The notes beneath the pieces were generated by a model. That model ran no database searches and had not been told where the DNA came from. It worked only from the letters and a program-made list of their open reading frames with translations. A stretch of 64,000 nucleotides of DNA from positions 34,720,001-34,784,000 of the forward strand of contig OX597834.1 of NCBI GenBank assembly GCA_951406725.2, in the 5' to 3' direction. The DNA comes from Octopus vulgaris (lineage: Eukaryota). Shown here piece by piece: positions 1 to 13,056 of the stretch. Within the stretch, counting starts at the first letter, position 1. The number at the start of each line of letters is the position of its first letter. A program made the translations under genes and the position numbers.

Positions 1-100
1 TCGCTGATGGAGGTGGTGTTTCTTCGTTTGTTTTTCACCTCTTCGCGACCTCTGTAATACACACAAATGGGGGCAAAAAAGGGGGCCAGAAAGAAATTAC

Positions 101-259
101 CTGAGAACTGTTGTCTTCGCTAACTGTCCTCCACCTCCGCAGGAAGTATTCACTGGGCATGCGCACGGCTGGCTTATGCCCAGCAGCTTTGTACAAAGAG
201 AGGGAAATGCTTCTAATGATATTAAAATCAGCAGTGACGGCTTTTGCTATCGGAAGCAT
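101..259 (-). CDS. Probable first coding exon of an unidentified gene running off the left edge
   Basis: ATG at 259 after an A-rich context; 53 codons MLPIAKAVTADFNIIRSISLSLYKAAGHKPAVRMPSEYFLRRWRTVSEDNSSQ ending at donor CAG|GTAATT (100). GC-richer than flanks; R/S/A/L-rich like a targeting peptide. No homology recognised. Confidence 0.5.
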
Positions 260-1074
260 TTTATTTTTATTCCGTTTTTTTTTTCCCCCATCCGATGTGT
301 CATGGGTTTGGTTGATAAAAATAAGAAATTAAAAAGAAAGTAAGAGAGAAATAAAAATGCGTGTTATTATTATTTTTTTTTTTTTGCTACCAAGAGTATT
401 TTCAAGTGAAGGGTTAAATGAACCTGATTTGAATAATGGTTTAATACGATGCTGTAGAAGATGTTATATTTTCCATTCAGTGAATAAAGATGAAAAAAAA
501 TCCATACTCGAAAAAGGGGAAAAAAAAATAAAGGGGTGTGGAACAAGATCGTCCAGATTAATTTTTAAATATTCTAGAAAAAATATTTTAAGACCAACTT
601 ATTTACAAGAAGAATGATAATTGTTTTTGCTTCTGATTAGCAATATGGCAATATGATTGCCATTGCCATATATAGACAACAGTAATGTATATTGTTAGAA
701 TATGTTTATTAAGTGAATTAAGTGATGGATATATGCAAAGATTGTTGTTAAAAGTCTAATTAAAGATTCATGGAGTAAAGTTTAGATAAAGGTTAATTTG
801 CCAGAGGTTAACAGATAACAAGAATGAGCAATATGTGTAAGGTGTGGAATTTCGTTTACCTTGGTGGTAGAATATATTTATCAACCTGCTGATGCAATAT
901 GTGTATTATTAATAGTTTAGTTAAAATTTAATAGAGTTTAAATAGGACATGTCTGGTGACAAAAACAGTCAATAGGTAACATGATGAAGGATTTCTTTTA
1001 TATAGGGACAGTGAAATGTTTTGTACAGAATTGGCAAAATCTTATTCTTTTAACAACTCTGAAATTGGTACTTG

Positions 1075-1900
1075 AACTTAGATTACTCCAAGCTAAAAAG
1101 GCTACTGGCCCTGACAATCTCCCGTCTATTGCCCTCAAACAATGTGGTCCACAGCTGGCCTCTAGCCTCACCCAACTCTTCAACATAATTCTAGAAAGGA
1201 ATAATGGAGATATTACCCAATATCTCAATATTTGGAAACAGTCTACATGTGTCTCATCTCGAATAATAACCCTTCTGATCATGTTAACTATTGTCCTGTC
1301 ACATTCACTTCCAGTATAGTATTTCAAATGTGATGGAGACAGCCACTAAAAACACCTTGAATTTTTCTTACTCTTGAAAGACACAGCTTGTGTAAAGCCA
1401 GATCAATTGATAACCAGCTTTGCTATGTCACTCAGCTTGAGAAATTTATTAAAAACCATGATGTTAAATTCAACTTCAAATCACACTATTGAAGAATGAC
1501 TGACGGGAGTATTTCTAACCTAAACTCTATCAATTCTGGTGTGCCTTGAGATTCACTGTTCATGACTACACTCTTTCTCATAGCTATTACCTCTGTACCT
1601 ATGCAGATGATACCATCCTTCATTTCTCTTTAACTTTCTGCATGCAAGTGTTAGATATAGGCAGTCTCAAACATCTCACGCCAAATCTTCAGTAATTCCA
1701 TGAAAAGAAATTTAAAAGCACTTCCCAATGAAGTCATGCAAATCTTGTGGCCATCCACAGTGCAAAGACTTAATCACAACATATATCAAGAATATATATT
1801 ATTACACACCTTCATCCAAAACATGAATAGCATGCAACTAGAACTCTAGAAGTCTTCAATATTGATATAAATGCTAAGTCTCACCACTTCAAAGGACAAA
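1075..1900 (+). mobile_element. Decayed CR1/L2/Jockey-type LINE reverse transcriptase fragment
   Basis: Translation contains KKATGPDNLPSIALKQCGPQLASSLTQLFN, the typical pre-RT motif (KA.GPD.I....LK....L...L..LFN); many stops and frameshifts follow. Confidence 0.7.
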
Positions 1901-2169
1901 ATGAGATAATCAGGCTTGGCTGTTTGAATACTGGTGATTTGGCACAGCTAACTGATTATTGAATGTGTTTTGGCAACTGTACTTTTTAGCACTAGAGGCA
2001 AACACACACATGCACAGAAATATTTACATACAGATAGTGACAGAAGGGGAGAGAGAAAGTAAGAGAGAGGGAGGCATTGCAGTTTTTTAATTGAATACAC
2101 CCAGTGCAAGCATAAGAATAGACTCAATGGTAGGTTAACAGAGAAAGTCATCTTTGTATGTGGCAGATG

Positions 2170-2800
2170 TTAGGAACAATAAGCATTAGACTCTCTCAAA
2201 TGCCCAGGAGGCTTCCTAGAGGTTGTTGATAGTTTCTATTACCTACATGACCAAATTTGCAGTGGCAAAGGATGTTCTGAGAGCATTGTCACTAGGATAA
2301 GAATATGATGGAGGAAGTGCAGAGAACTATTGCCTCTGTTGGCAACAAAACGATTCTCTTTCTCAGGATGAAAGGCAGATTGTATGATGCTTATGTATGA
2401 ACAGCTATACTCCATGGTAATGAGACATGGGCCCTGAATGTAGAAGACATGAATAGATGAAAGAGGAATTAAGTTAGTAAGCTCTGATGGATATGCAACA
2501 TCAGTGTGCATATATGACAAAGTGCAAATTTGCTGAGAGAAAAGTTGGGCATATCAGGAATTAAATGCAACATACAAGAGAGAAGACTGTGTTGATTTGG
2601 ACATCTAACGCATATGAACAGGGACAGCTGTATAAAGAAGTGCTGATTGTTTATACTGGATAGCACTCTTGGAAGAGAGAGACTCTGGATAAAATGGAAT
2701 AAAGTAGTGAGGGTTGATCTCAAAACATTGGGCCTCATGGAGGAGATGACAAAGGACCAAGATGTCCAACAATATGTTCTTGAGAAGATCTGTCCACCTT
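2170..2800 (+). mobile_element. Decayed RTE LINE 3' ORF fragment
   Basis: Clearly related to the better-preserved RTE copy at 10799-11320 (CSESIVTRIR...; terminal KTW...V..DL..LGL region). Confidence 0.7.
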
Positions 2801-3204
2801 AGTTAAACTGTGTTCTGGAAGTGCTGTATGTTCCACCCACATGTAACATTAAATTTTTCACTCGCCCTACCCTATTAAACCAAATGTGTCCTGGTGTAAT
2901 GTTGAAGAGAGTGAGGCTAATTGAGGTGAAATAATTGTACCATATTGTTGTTATGAGATGCGATTTAGATTTTTGTTGTGGACGGATGGCACGGGGTCCA
3001 AGTCTTCTCCTTCTCCTCCTCACTTCTCTCCTTACTGCACTATGCGTATCTCTCCCTCCTCGCTCCTGCAGCCCAATCCTGTCCTCCCTGCCTTACCAAC
3101 TGTATCATTGATATCCTGTCATCCATCCCTATATACCCAAGTTTCACCAGTCGCTCCATTCCTCTCCCACTTTTTAGAAGTTGTTGGAGAGTTTCTATGA
3201 CTTC

Positions 3205-3560
3205 ACCAAATCCCAAATTCTGCCTTACTAATTCCCCCAACTGTAATCCCATGGATTACTATGTGTGGGACACAGATGTGAAAGACACCAATTACTCTGC
3301 TTGCAACACCAATGCTGAGCTGGTGGCTAAGATTAAGGAGGTTTTTGAAGATCATCCCAAGCATACAGTGAAGAATAAATGCACCAGATTCTGGAGCTGT
3401 CATAAGACCATGATGGAAGCTGAGGGCAGCTACTTTGAGTTGCCCTAATCTAGTTGATATTTTTGATTTTTTCAAAATACTTTTATTCTTGGATGATGTT
3501 GTGTGTTTTCTTTTTCATTTATGCAAACTGTCAAAGTTAACCACCCAAGCATCCTATATA
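3205..3560 (+). mobile_element. Tc1/mariner (DD37D/maT-like) transposase C-terminal fragment
   Basis: NSPNCNPMDYYVW matches the SPD(C/L)NP(L)DY.VW third-catalytic-residue motif. Confidence 0.7.
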
Positions 3561-3935
3561 TATATAATACAAATAAGAAAATGAAGAACCAAATTTAGTT
3601 TGTTCATCAACTTTCGGATATTAGAATGTTGGATTATTTATTCATTCAACAAAATGAGAACCTCGGTATCATACATATATATCTTAAAGAAGTGATTTTA
3701 ATGATTTCAATAATTTATATTATGACTTTTATAATTTGTATTCTTATCTTTTATGTATTGAATTATAAGATATATATGTATGATATTGAGGTTCTCATTT
3801 TGTTGAATGAAGAAATAATCAACATTCTAATATCCGAAAGTTGATGAACAAACTAAATTTGTTATAATAAAATGTTTAATCTAATTTCCTGCCCTATTCT
3901 GTTTTTGTTTCATCATCATCACCACCACCACCAAA

Positions 3936-3966
<31 letters not shown>

Positions 3967-5164
3967 TCATCATCATTTAACATCTGTTTTCTATGCCAGG
4001 AAGAGTTGAATGGTTTGACAAGAACCAACAAGCCAGAGGACTGTGCCAAGCTCCAATGTCTGCTTTGGCATGGGGGATATAGCTGGATGTCCTTCATTAA
4101 TGCCAACTATTTTATCATGTGCTACTAATGAGGTTGCTGGTGATGGGTTGTTTGATCTGCTGAGAGGAAGCATCATGGTTTAGTCATTATCATTTCACTT
4201 GATCGGCCAATTAATTGACCAATCAGCATTGAGCCATCACATGATTCAAGAACTTCTAGAACTTTCTGAAAAGGCTTATGAAGAGATGAATTATTGGCAC
4301 TAAACTTCAGTGTGGAGACCTGTTGTGGTGAGAACTGCATTCTCATTTTCATACACCAGGAGGAGCTTTCTAGCATGCCAAAGAAGTTGTTTTAACAACT
4401 TTGTACTCATATTTCTGTTCTCCAGCCAAGCAGATAGAAAATTAAAATTGCCAGCTTGAATTTAGCATGATATTTCTCCAGTTGTGATAAAGTCATCACA
4501 GAGCTATACAAACCAGCTATTTTGTCATAAACTACAGAGTTTGTCTCTTCCAAAGTGTATAACTTCTTGTCCATAATCTTCATTCAGAGATTAACATGCA
4601 AAACACCATGTGTATTAATTAAACTTTTATTAATTGTTTACAAGCCTTGTATATCGTTTAAAACCAGCCAGTAACCCGACACAAACATTGTAGAAGAACT
4701 ACCTACCCCATGACTTGCTTATATGCTATCTACTCATTGAAATAGCATGTAAGAAGCTGAATATTCCACAAACAAGCATGCTTTTTGAATTACAGGTATT
4801 ATCAACCTGGCAGACTTCTATACAGATCCTGTCAGCCCAGTTTTACTCCCCAGAAGCAAGTGGAGTTGAAATTATAAAAAATTCTAGTTGCTCATGATAC
4901 TATGCAATGGGATTGAACTTGGGACTTCAAGGTTACTAAGCAAACTTCTGAACCACTCAGCCATACTTTGCACGCTACGCGCGCGCGAGCTTCTATCTAT
5001 CTATCTATCTATCTATCTATTTATCTTACATACATACATACAAATATTTATATGTGTGTGTGCGTGCGTGTGTGTATATATATTTATATCTGTCTTTCTA
5101 TCTATATATCGATTGATAGATAGATTGACAGATACATACATACAAATAAATAGATTTAGGTATG

Positions 5165-5325
5165 TATACAGAGATAGATAGATAGATAGATACATACATA
5201 CATACATACATACATACATACATACATACATACATACGTACGTACATACATACATACATACATACAAATAAATAGATTTAGGTATGTATACAGAGAGAGA
5301 GAGAGAGAGAGAAAGAAAGAAAGAG
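5165..5325. repeat. Compound microsatellite (GATA)n(CATA)n(GA)n
   Basis: Direct reading of tandem tetra- and dinucleotide runs. Confidence 0.95.
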
Positions 5326-5411
5326 AATCTTATCAATATTTGAATGTAAACAAGTCTGCCATGGCAAAAGTTCGTTTCGTATCTCTCATTCCACATTTTT
5401 CTAGAATTTAC

Positions 5412-5614
5412 TTCGACGCTACTTGTCTCGTGTCACCAACCGAACGACTTCCTTGAGAAAGCAAACAATTTCTTTCATCTTCAACTTCGCCCTGACCAAT
5501 TCGATATTGCATTGGTCTCATAAATAAGTCTAGAGCGGCCACATAGCTTCCAGAAGCCTCTAATTTTCCCCTCGTTGTTGCTCTATCTGTCATAACGTAT
5601 TCTCAGAAACTACA
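5412..5614. promoter_or_regulatory. Putative bidirectional promoter of EDF1 and the left-hand gene
   Basis: CpG-retaining segment; inverted CCAAT boxes GACCAAT (5494-5500) and ATTGGTC (5511-5517); - strand donor GAA|GTAAAT at 5411; EDF1 ATG at 5615. Confidence 0.55.
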
Positions 5615-5689
5615 ATGGCGGAGTCCGACTGGAATGAAGTCACTTACATTGGTAAGAGAGCGAAAGCTGGACAGCTTAGATCGAAACAG
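5615..5689 (+). CDS. EDF1: Endothelial differentiation-related factor 1 / multiprotein bridging factor 1, coding exon 1
   Basis: MAESDWNEVTYIGKRAKAGQLRSKQ matches human MAESDWDTVTVLRKK...AKSKQ; donor CAG|GTAAAT. Confidence 0.95.
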
Positions 5690-6696
5690 GTAAATCTTAC
5701 GAGCAACAAAGCAAAAGGCTTCACTACAGCTCATCTTATCATGTATATCACCATTAATTTTATTAATTCTATGTGTACCTGGATTATTATTGCCTTTCCT
5801 TTGCGCTGTCGTTCCTTTTTAACACTGCTTCTTCTCTTTCTCTCTACCTGTTTACAGCGATTTGCACCTCTACCACCCAAACTATTTTTGTTGACGTCGA
5901 CATTAAAGCAATTAAGAATCTTAAGCAAACACTCTTAAAAAAGGTTTTTGGTATATGCTCCTGTTGTTTATTTATTTTGTTTTGAAAGGACATACTACCA
6001 ACAATAATAACAAATAAAGTTCAGAGATTTAAGAGTCTGCATTTGTGAAATAGCAGCAGTGCGTTAATAATGTGTTGCATCGGGTGATTTGCACCTTGTA
6101 TGGTTATTAGAATATACCTTTGGGTATACAGAAAAGTCTAGAACAACACGTAGAGAAAGCTATTTTATATGACTTTGATGTCACAATGAATACGTGATTA
6201 TTTTCAAGAGAAGAAAAGAAACCCAACGAACATGGGACAGTTTTATTCTGCCATGTGGTTGATTAGGTGCCCCCTCAACAGTCCCCTACAACAGCCAAAC
6301 TTTTTGAGTCTTGGCTATTTGTTGAATGTATTAATGGTTTCTAAGTGTTTTTTACTAATTTTTCACATGTCGATTACTGGTGTCTCACCAAATATATTGC
6401 TGTGTCTTCTGCTGGATCACACGTGCCTCGTAACTCGACATGTATTCCCAGTTTTGTATTACCTGCGTGTCTCGGTATATCAAAGACTGATCTTGGATTC
6501 TGAGGTTTGGGTTTAGTTTCATTGATAACTACCTAAACAGAGGGAAGTGTGTGTGTGCGTGTATATATATATATGTAGTTATGTACGTTTGTATGTGTGG
6601 GTAACAGAAACCCTTTTTTCCCACCCCTAACACTAAACCCCCATATAATAAAAACACTTTCTTGTAATGTATCCAGTACTTATACCGAAGTTATGT

Positions 6697-6760
<64 letters not shown>

Positions 6761-7277
6761 TATATAATTATATATGTGTGTGTGTACTTCCTTCCATACT
6801 TTATATGTAGCGGACGCAGTCATGGCCGAAGTGGGCATGGAATTTCGTCACGCAATCAGCGGATCCCGGGCCCAAGGTCCCACTGCATGGCACCTTGTAC
6901 AAGTGTTTGTAATTCTTTAATTTAACTTCGGGTAACCACCAAACGTTGTGGGGTGAAGCTGGACAAGCGAAAACTGTGCGGAAACTTCGTCAGATGCATT
7001 GTAACATATTGCATCATTCACCTGTCACCCGAGAAGGGCACACGTGTCGCTGAAATATTCGGCCGCTTAGACGTTGATCTAACGAGCAGATATTTCAGCT
7101 GGTCGAACATCTGCGTGCTTAACGACAAAATCGACGAAGGGTCCATTGTGTGGAACATGGACGTTAAATGATGATGATGATAATGATATAGGTGTGTGTG
7201 TGTGTGCTTTTATTTAACGCACAAGTGTCCAAATAATCTTCAAAAATGTGCACCCTTCTTAGGAGAAACGATCGCGA

Positions 7278-7324
<47 letters not shown>

Positions 7325-7325
<1 letters not shown>

Positions 7326-7696
7326 TCTTTTACTTGTTTCAGTCATTTGACTGCGGCCATGCTGGAGCACCACCTTTAGTCGAGCAGATCGACCCCAGAA
7401 CTTATTCTTTGTAAGCCTAGTACTTATTCTATCGGTCTCTTTTACCGAACCGCTAAGTTACAGGGACGTAAACACACCAGCATCGGTTGTCAAGCGATGT
7501 TGGTGGGGAAAAACACACACACACATATACATACATACGACGGGCTTCTTTCAGTTTCCGTCTACCAAATCCACTCACAAGGCATTGGTCGGCCCGAGGC
7601 TATAGTAGAAGTCACTTGCCCAAGGTACCACGCAGTGGGAGTGAACCTGGAACCATGTGGTTGGTAAGCAAGCTACTTACCACACACCCACTCCTG

Positions 7697-7697
<1 letters not shown>
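7325..7697 (-). mobile_element. tRNA-derived SINE family A, near full length
   Basis: Reverse complement of the copy at 22500-22880 (A/B-box-like head, internal microsatellite, conserved tail). More than 12 related copies occur in the window. Confidence 0.9.
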
Positions 7698-7735
<38 letters not shown>

Positions 7736-9944
7736 CTCGTTTTCCTTTCTGTTGAAGAGCGTAGGCTCGGAATGTAAAAGACTTTCTGACTTTCCCAAGC
7801 ATCAAACTAATACACCTGCTTCTTGTTTATACACCTGTCTTCGTCTTCTGTTTTTCTGTAAATTTCAACTACATGTAACTACATATCCATTAAACATTAA
7901 CTGTCCGAAAAAAAGAGGACTTAATGGTAGAGATAAATATCTTTGTCACAACTTTCCTGAATACTTTGCATACCTGCAAGGGAAACTCAGAATAGAATTA
8001 TTATATTTGGTATATGATAATCATCACCATCATTGTAATGTTTACTTTTCTGTACTTGCATGGGTCAGCTGAAATTCATTGAGGTAGATTTTTTTTTTTA
8101 TGGTTGGGTAATCTTCCTGTCATCGGTCCTCACCTGTTTCCAAGAAAAGTGATATTTTTCCTAAGAATTACAATCAAACAATATTTCTATGACTGGAACA
8201 TTTGTTGACAATTATCATGCAATGTTAAGTGAAGGAGACACACACACATGCTTATCCATATACACATGGATGTTTTCAGTTTCATTCTACCAAAATCCCT
8301 CACAAAATTTTTCTTGTCCTATGACTACAGAGGAAGATGTTAGCACTAGGTGTCATGTTGTGGAACTGAACCCAAAACCATGCGGTTGTGAAGTGAACTT
8401 AACCACAAAGCCATGCTTGTACCTTCCCATATGTGTGTCTAAACCATACTTGCACATACAGATTGTTTAGATACACACATACACACACAGTCTAAATGAT
8501 CTGTAACATGTTTGGCACCTTACGAATTTCCTATTGACTTCTTTATAATATGTAATTAAAGATGAGCCAACACAGCCGCTTGACCTTTGGTTATTGTTGA
8601 AATACTTTGCATCTTAGATTTGCTTGTGCATGGTTGACCTGCAGCTGAACAACAAAAGCAACAAAATTAAAGAGGTAAACCAGGGATTTAGAAGTAAGCA
8701 TGAGTTTATTGTCTTCTTATATTTAGTTTTCCTTTGGTTGCAAAGCTCAAAAAATGTTGGGTATATCGTGTATGATTGCAATTTTTCCTGGTTATTCGCC
8801 TCGTTTTTATGGTGTTAGTATTTTCTCTGTTTTCATGTTTGCTTTCCCTTGCTTGCCTGGGTTGGACAGAGTTTATCGAAGAAGATTTTCTATGGCTGGA
8901 TGTCCTTCTTGTTGCCAGCCCTCATCTGCTTCCAAGCAAGAAGCTCATTTTATAACCATGTAGTTTCAAGTTCATTGGGCAAGTGTCTTCTACTATAGCC
9001 CCAAGCCCAACCAATGCCTCTTGAATGAATTTAGTTGCAGGAAACTGTATACAACATTGTCATATATATATATAAAATACAAAATGGGACAAGAACGCAA
9101 AACATCCGGACAGTTAGGTGATACAAAAAGAGGACAACAAAACATCCGGACAGACGATACAAAGAAAACATGGACGGGTCATTTGAAATTTTCTTTCCTC
9201 AGTCAAATAGTAGATTATCTTTACAATTTCGGCTGATTATACTTGAGATTGCTCCAATCTGGCCAGCCCCAAAGAAAAACTAAGCTAAGAACATTAGATT
9301 CCTTGGAAGAAAGCAGCGAATATATACAACAACAAGGACGGAAAAAAAACGGACAATGTTACACACATACAATAAAAATAATAACAGGACATAACAACAG
9401 GTGTCTTTCGACTAAGGATGAATTAAATTAAGCTGGCGTGTGTGGAAATGAAGCCTTACAGCAGGGATACAAGATTTTAACATGGGGAGGAATATCGATG
9501 TTGCACGGACAACGGCCAGATCTGTTTGTGTGTTTGCCACCCTCACACACTGCCAGTGATGATTTGTTTACATCCCCATAATCTAGCAGTTCGGCTAAAG
9601 AGATCAATAGAATAAGCACGAGATTTGAATAAAAGATATGTACTGGAGTCAGTTTGTTGCATTAAACTTTTCAAGGCAGTGCTCCAGCACATCTACAGTC
9701 CAGTGACTGAGACACGTAAAAGATAAAGTTTGTTTTAGTAGTTTGAGCAGCTGCCTAGAATGGTCTGATAGTTATTTGAGTGCTGGTTCTAGCTATTTAA
9801 TCTCTGTCAATGATTAAGACAAATGGGTGTCTAAGGAAGGGGTGGAAGACCTCAATGTCGCTTTCTTGTTAAATCAATGACAACAAATGTGTTTTGGTAG
9901 CATGTTTAATGTTTTAATTCTTGGTTTTTCAATCACTTTTGTAG

Positions 9945-9996
9945 GCTGTTACTACTGCTCAAAGAACAGGTGCTGCTGTGGAGACTACTAAACGAT
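9945..9996 (+). CDS. EDF1: EDF1 exon 2
   Basis: ttttgtag|GCT...; AVTTAQRTGAAVETTKR (human AILAAQRRGEDVETSKK); donor T|GTAAGT, phase 1. Confidence 0.95.
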
Positions 9997-10284
9997 GTAA
10001 GTTTTTCCTTTAGTTGAAACATTCTTTTGCTGATCAATTATTAACAGTAAAATATTATAACTGTATCATGTAAGTCTGTTTTATTTAAATAATAGCTTAT
10101 AGATTAACCAGAGAGATAGGCAGAAGCATGGATGTGTGGTTTAGAAGCTTGCTTTGTAACTACATAGTTTTGGGCTTGGTTCCACCATGTGGAACCTTAG
10201 GCAAGGGTCTTCTACTAAATCCCCTGGCTTACCAATGCCTTGTAAGCGAATTTGGTGGATGGAGATTGTGTGGAAGCCCATTGT

Positions 10285-11320
10285 CATCATGGGTTGGATG
10301 GTTTGACTGAGGACTGGCAAACCAGAAGGCTGTATCAGACTCCAATCTGATCTGGTAAGGTTTCTACAGCTGGATGCCCTTCCTAATGTTAACCACCCGG
10401 AGAGTGTAGTGGGTGTTTTTTCTTATGTGCCACTGGCAGGAGGGCCAGTCAGGCAGTACTGGCATCGATTACGCTCGAATGGTGCTTTTTACGTGCCACC
10501 GGCACAGGACCAGTCAGGTGGCACTGGTATCAACCACATTTGTATGGTGCATTTTATGTGTTGCTGGCATGGGAACCAGTCCAGTGGGACTGGCATCGAC
10601 CACGCTCAAATGATGCTTTTTATGTGCCAGTCAGGCGGTAGTGGTATCAGCTATGACAATGATTTCACTTGACACAACAGGTCTTCTCAAGCACAGTTTA
10701 TTGCCCCATGATTGAAGGGTACTCTCAAATGGGCTGGTTATGTTACACTGGCGTAAGCCACGGTTACGGTCTCACTTGGCTTGCCAAGTCTTCTCAAACT
10801 AAGCATGTCTCCAAAGGTCTCGGTTACTTGTCATTGCCTTCATGAGGCCCAACGTTCGAAAGTCATGCTTCACCACCTCATCCCAGGTCTTCCTGGGTCT
10901 ACCTCTTCCACGGGTTCCCTCCGCTGTTAGGGTGTGACACTTTTTCACACAGCTGTCCTCATCCATATGCAACACAACCAAACCAGTACAGTGATCTCTC
11001 TTGCACACCACTACTGATGCTTTTTATGTCCAACTTTTCTCTCAGGGTGCTTATACTCTGTTGTGTATGCACACTGACATTACACATCCAGTGGAACATA
11101 CTAGCTTCATTTCTTGCAAGCTTACGCAAGTCCTCAGCAGTCACGGCCCATATTTCACTGCCGTGTAGCATGGCTGTTCACACATATGTCATACCTTTCA
11201 CTTTGAGCGAGAGGCCTTTTGTTACCAGCAGAGGTAGGAGCTCTCTAAACTTTGCCCAGGCTTTTCTTATTCTAGCAGGTATGCTCTCAGAGCATCTACC
11301 CACGCTACTGTCTTGGTCAC
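10285..11320 (-). mobile_element. 5'-truncated RTE LINE: ORF C-terminus plus long 3' UTR with internal tandem units
   Basis: ARIRKAWAKFRELLPLL..KG, MLHGSEIWAVT, GTRGRGRPRKTWDEVVKHD are RTE-type C-terminal motifs. They run directly into the UTR shared with many short copies. Confidence 0.88.
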
Positions 11321-11667
11321 CTATATATATATATATGGAGCAAATATTTCAAGAGAAAATATTTGCAAAGATATTATTGACTCTATTATTATCTTGTGTA
11401 ACAATTAAAAATAATGGGGCATGGCTTTCCATCATGGTAATGCATGCTGAGGAAGATGAGGTGATAATGTCAGTCCAGAAACCAGTCCTCGTAAGTCCAA
11501 ATATTTGAATGTATGTTGAAAGATTGTCCTAGTCCATTTGCCTGCAGATAGTTGATTTCTGTAGTTATCAGTTTTTTTGATTATTTAAATAAGAGTTTTG
11601 ACTCTTATTTCCCGCAGGTATACATACTTAGTATGTCCTTTGGTTAATTTTAAGCCTTCAGCTATAT

Positions 11668-11704
<37 letters not shown>

Positions 11705-11883
11705 GCGATTTTTTTTTCCCCTGTCTTCCCTTCTCAGGATCTTTCCTTCTCCTATGTTTCCGACGAAGAGCTCCGCTCGAAACGTCAAACCCTCCTTCTT
11801 TCCTGAGCGTCCAATAATACTTTATTTGTTCCACGTCCTTGCGTTGTTGTTTTTTTTGTTTTTGTTTTCTTGTTTGGATTAAC

Positions 11884-11917
<34 letters not shown>

Positions 11918-13056
11918 TGCAGTTAGGCAGGCATGGCTGTGTGGTTAAGAAGTTTGTTTTGGTCAACTATGTAGACACTGACAGCTGGTGCCCTCTACTT
12001 TAGCGGCAGATTGATCAATATCTCATGAAATTTGGTAAACAGAAACTAGCAGTCTGTTACATATATACATATGTGCACTGAGTGTGAGTTCTAGTCTTAA
12101 CAGGTGCAGGCTGATTGTAAACAAATGTGATGCTACTTATACAAATAGTGTTATTTATTCACAGTACACCATGTAAGCATATCCAGGCTGTTTGTTTGAT
12201 AACCTTGGTTATTATTGTCTTGCATGGAAACGGGTGAGGGTTAGCTTCAAGAAGGGTATCTGCCTGAAGAACATTTTAACCCAACACAGACTCGTCTGAT
12301 CTCTGTAAGGATGGGAAAGTAAATGTTGAAATGGTGATGGTGATGTGTTTGTATGTCTTTTGTTTACTTTTGTTTCTGCTTTTCCATGGGTGATTTTCTG
12401 TGCTTGAGAAGTCTCGTCATTCATGCTGGTGACACGTAAAATGCACCCTTCAAAATGTTGGGCAATACGCTGTGCTTGAGAAGACCTGTCAAGCCAAGGG
12501 AAATCGTAGTTTTGGCCAATGCCTGTGTCATGTAACTAGCACCCAGGCCACTGACACATAAAAAGCACCCTTCGAACTTTGGGCCCCATGGAGGCAGTGT
12601 CAAGTGACTGAGACCTTTGGCAATATACTGTGCTTGAGAAGACCTGACAAGCCAAGTAAGATCGCAGTCATAGCTGATGTTGGTGTTTTGTAACTAGTAC
12701 CCATGTCAGTAGCACGTAAAAGGCACCCACTACACTCTTGGAGTAGTTGGCATTACAAAGGGCATCCAGCTGTAGAAACCATGCCTAATCAGATTGGAAC
12801 CTGGTGCAGCTCCCCAGCTTACCATTTTTCAGTCAAACCATCCAACTCACACCAGCATGGATACCGACATTAATGATGATGATGATGATGATTTACTTCC
12901 TAATGCTCTTTTCATCACCAGCCTATATCTGTTTTTCATGTAAGGGCTCTCTTATTCCAAATGTCTTCAAAGGCACAATGCCAGCAGATAGTTTCTTGTC
13001 ACAGGAAATGATGTTACAGCTTGTAGCTCAACATTTTCAGAGAAACACATAGGCAC

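Noticed and set aside
11017-11508. 163-aa plus-strand ORF
   Set aside because: Antisense shadow of the RTE ORF fragment.
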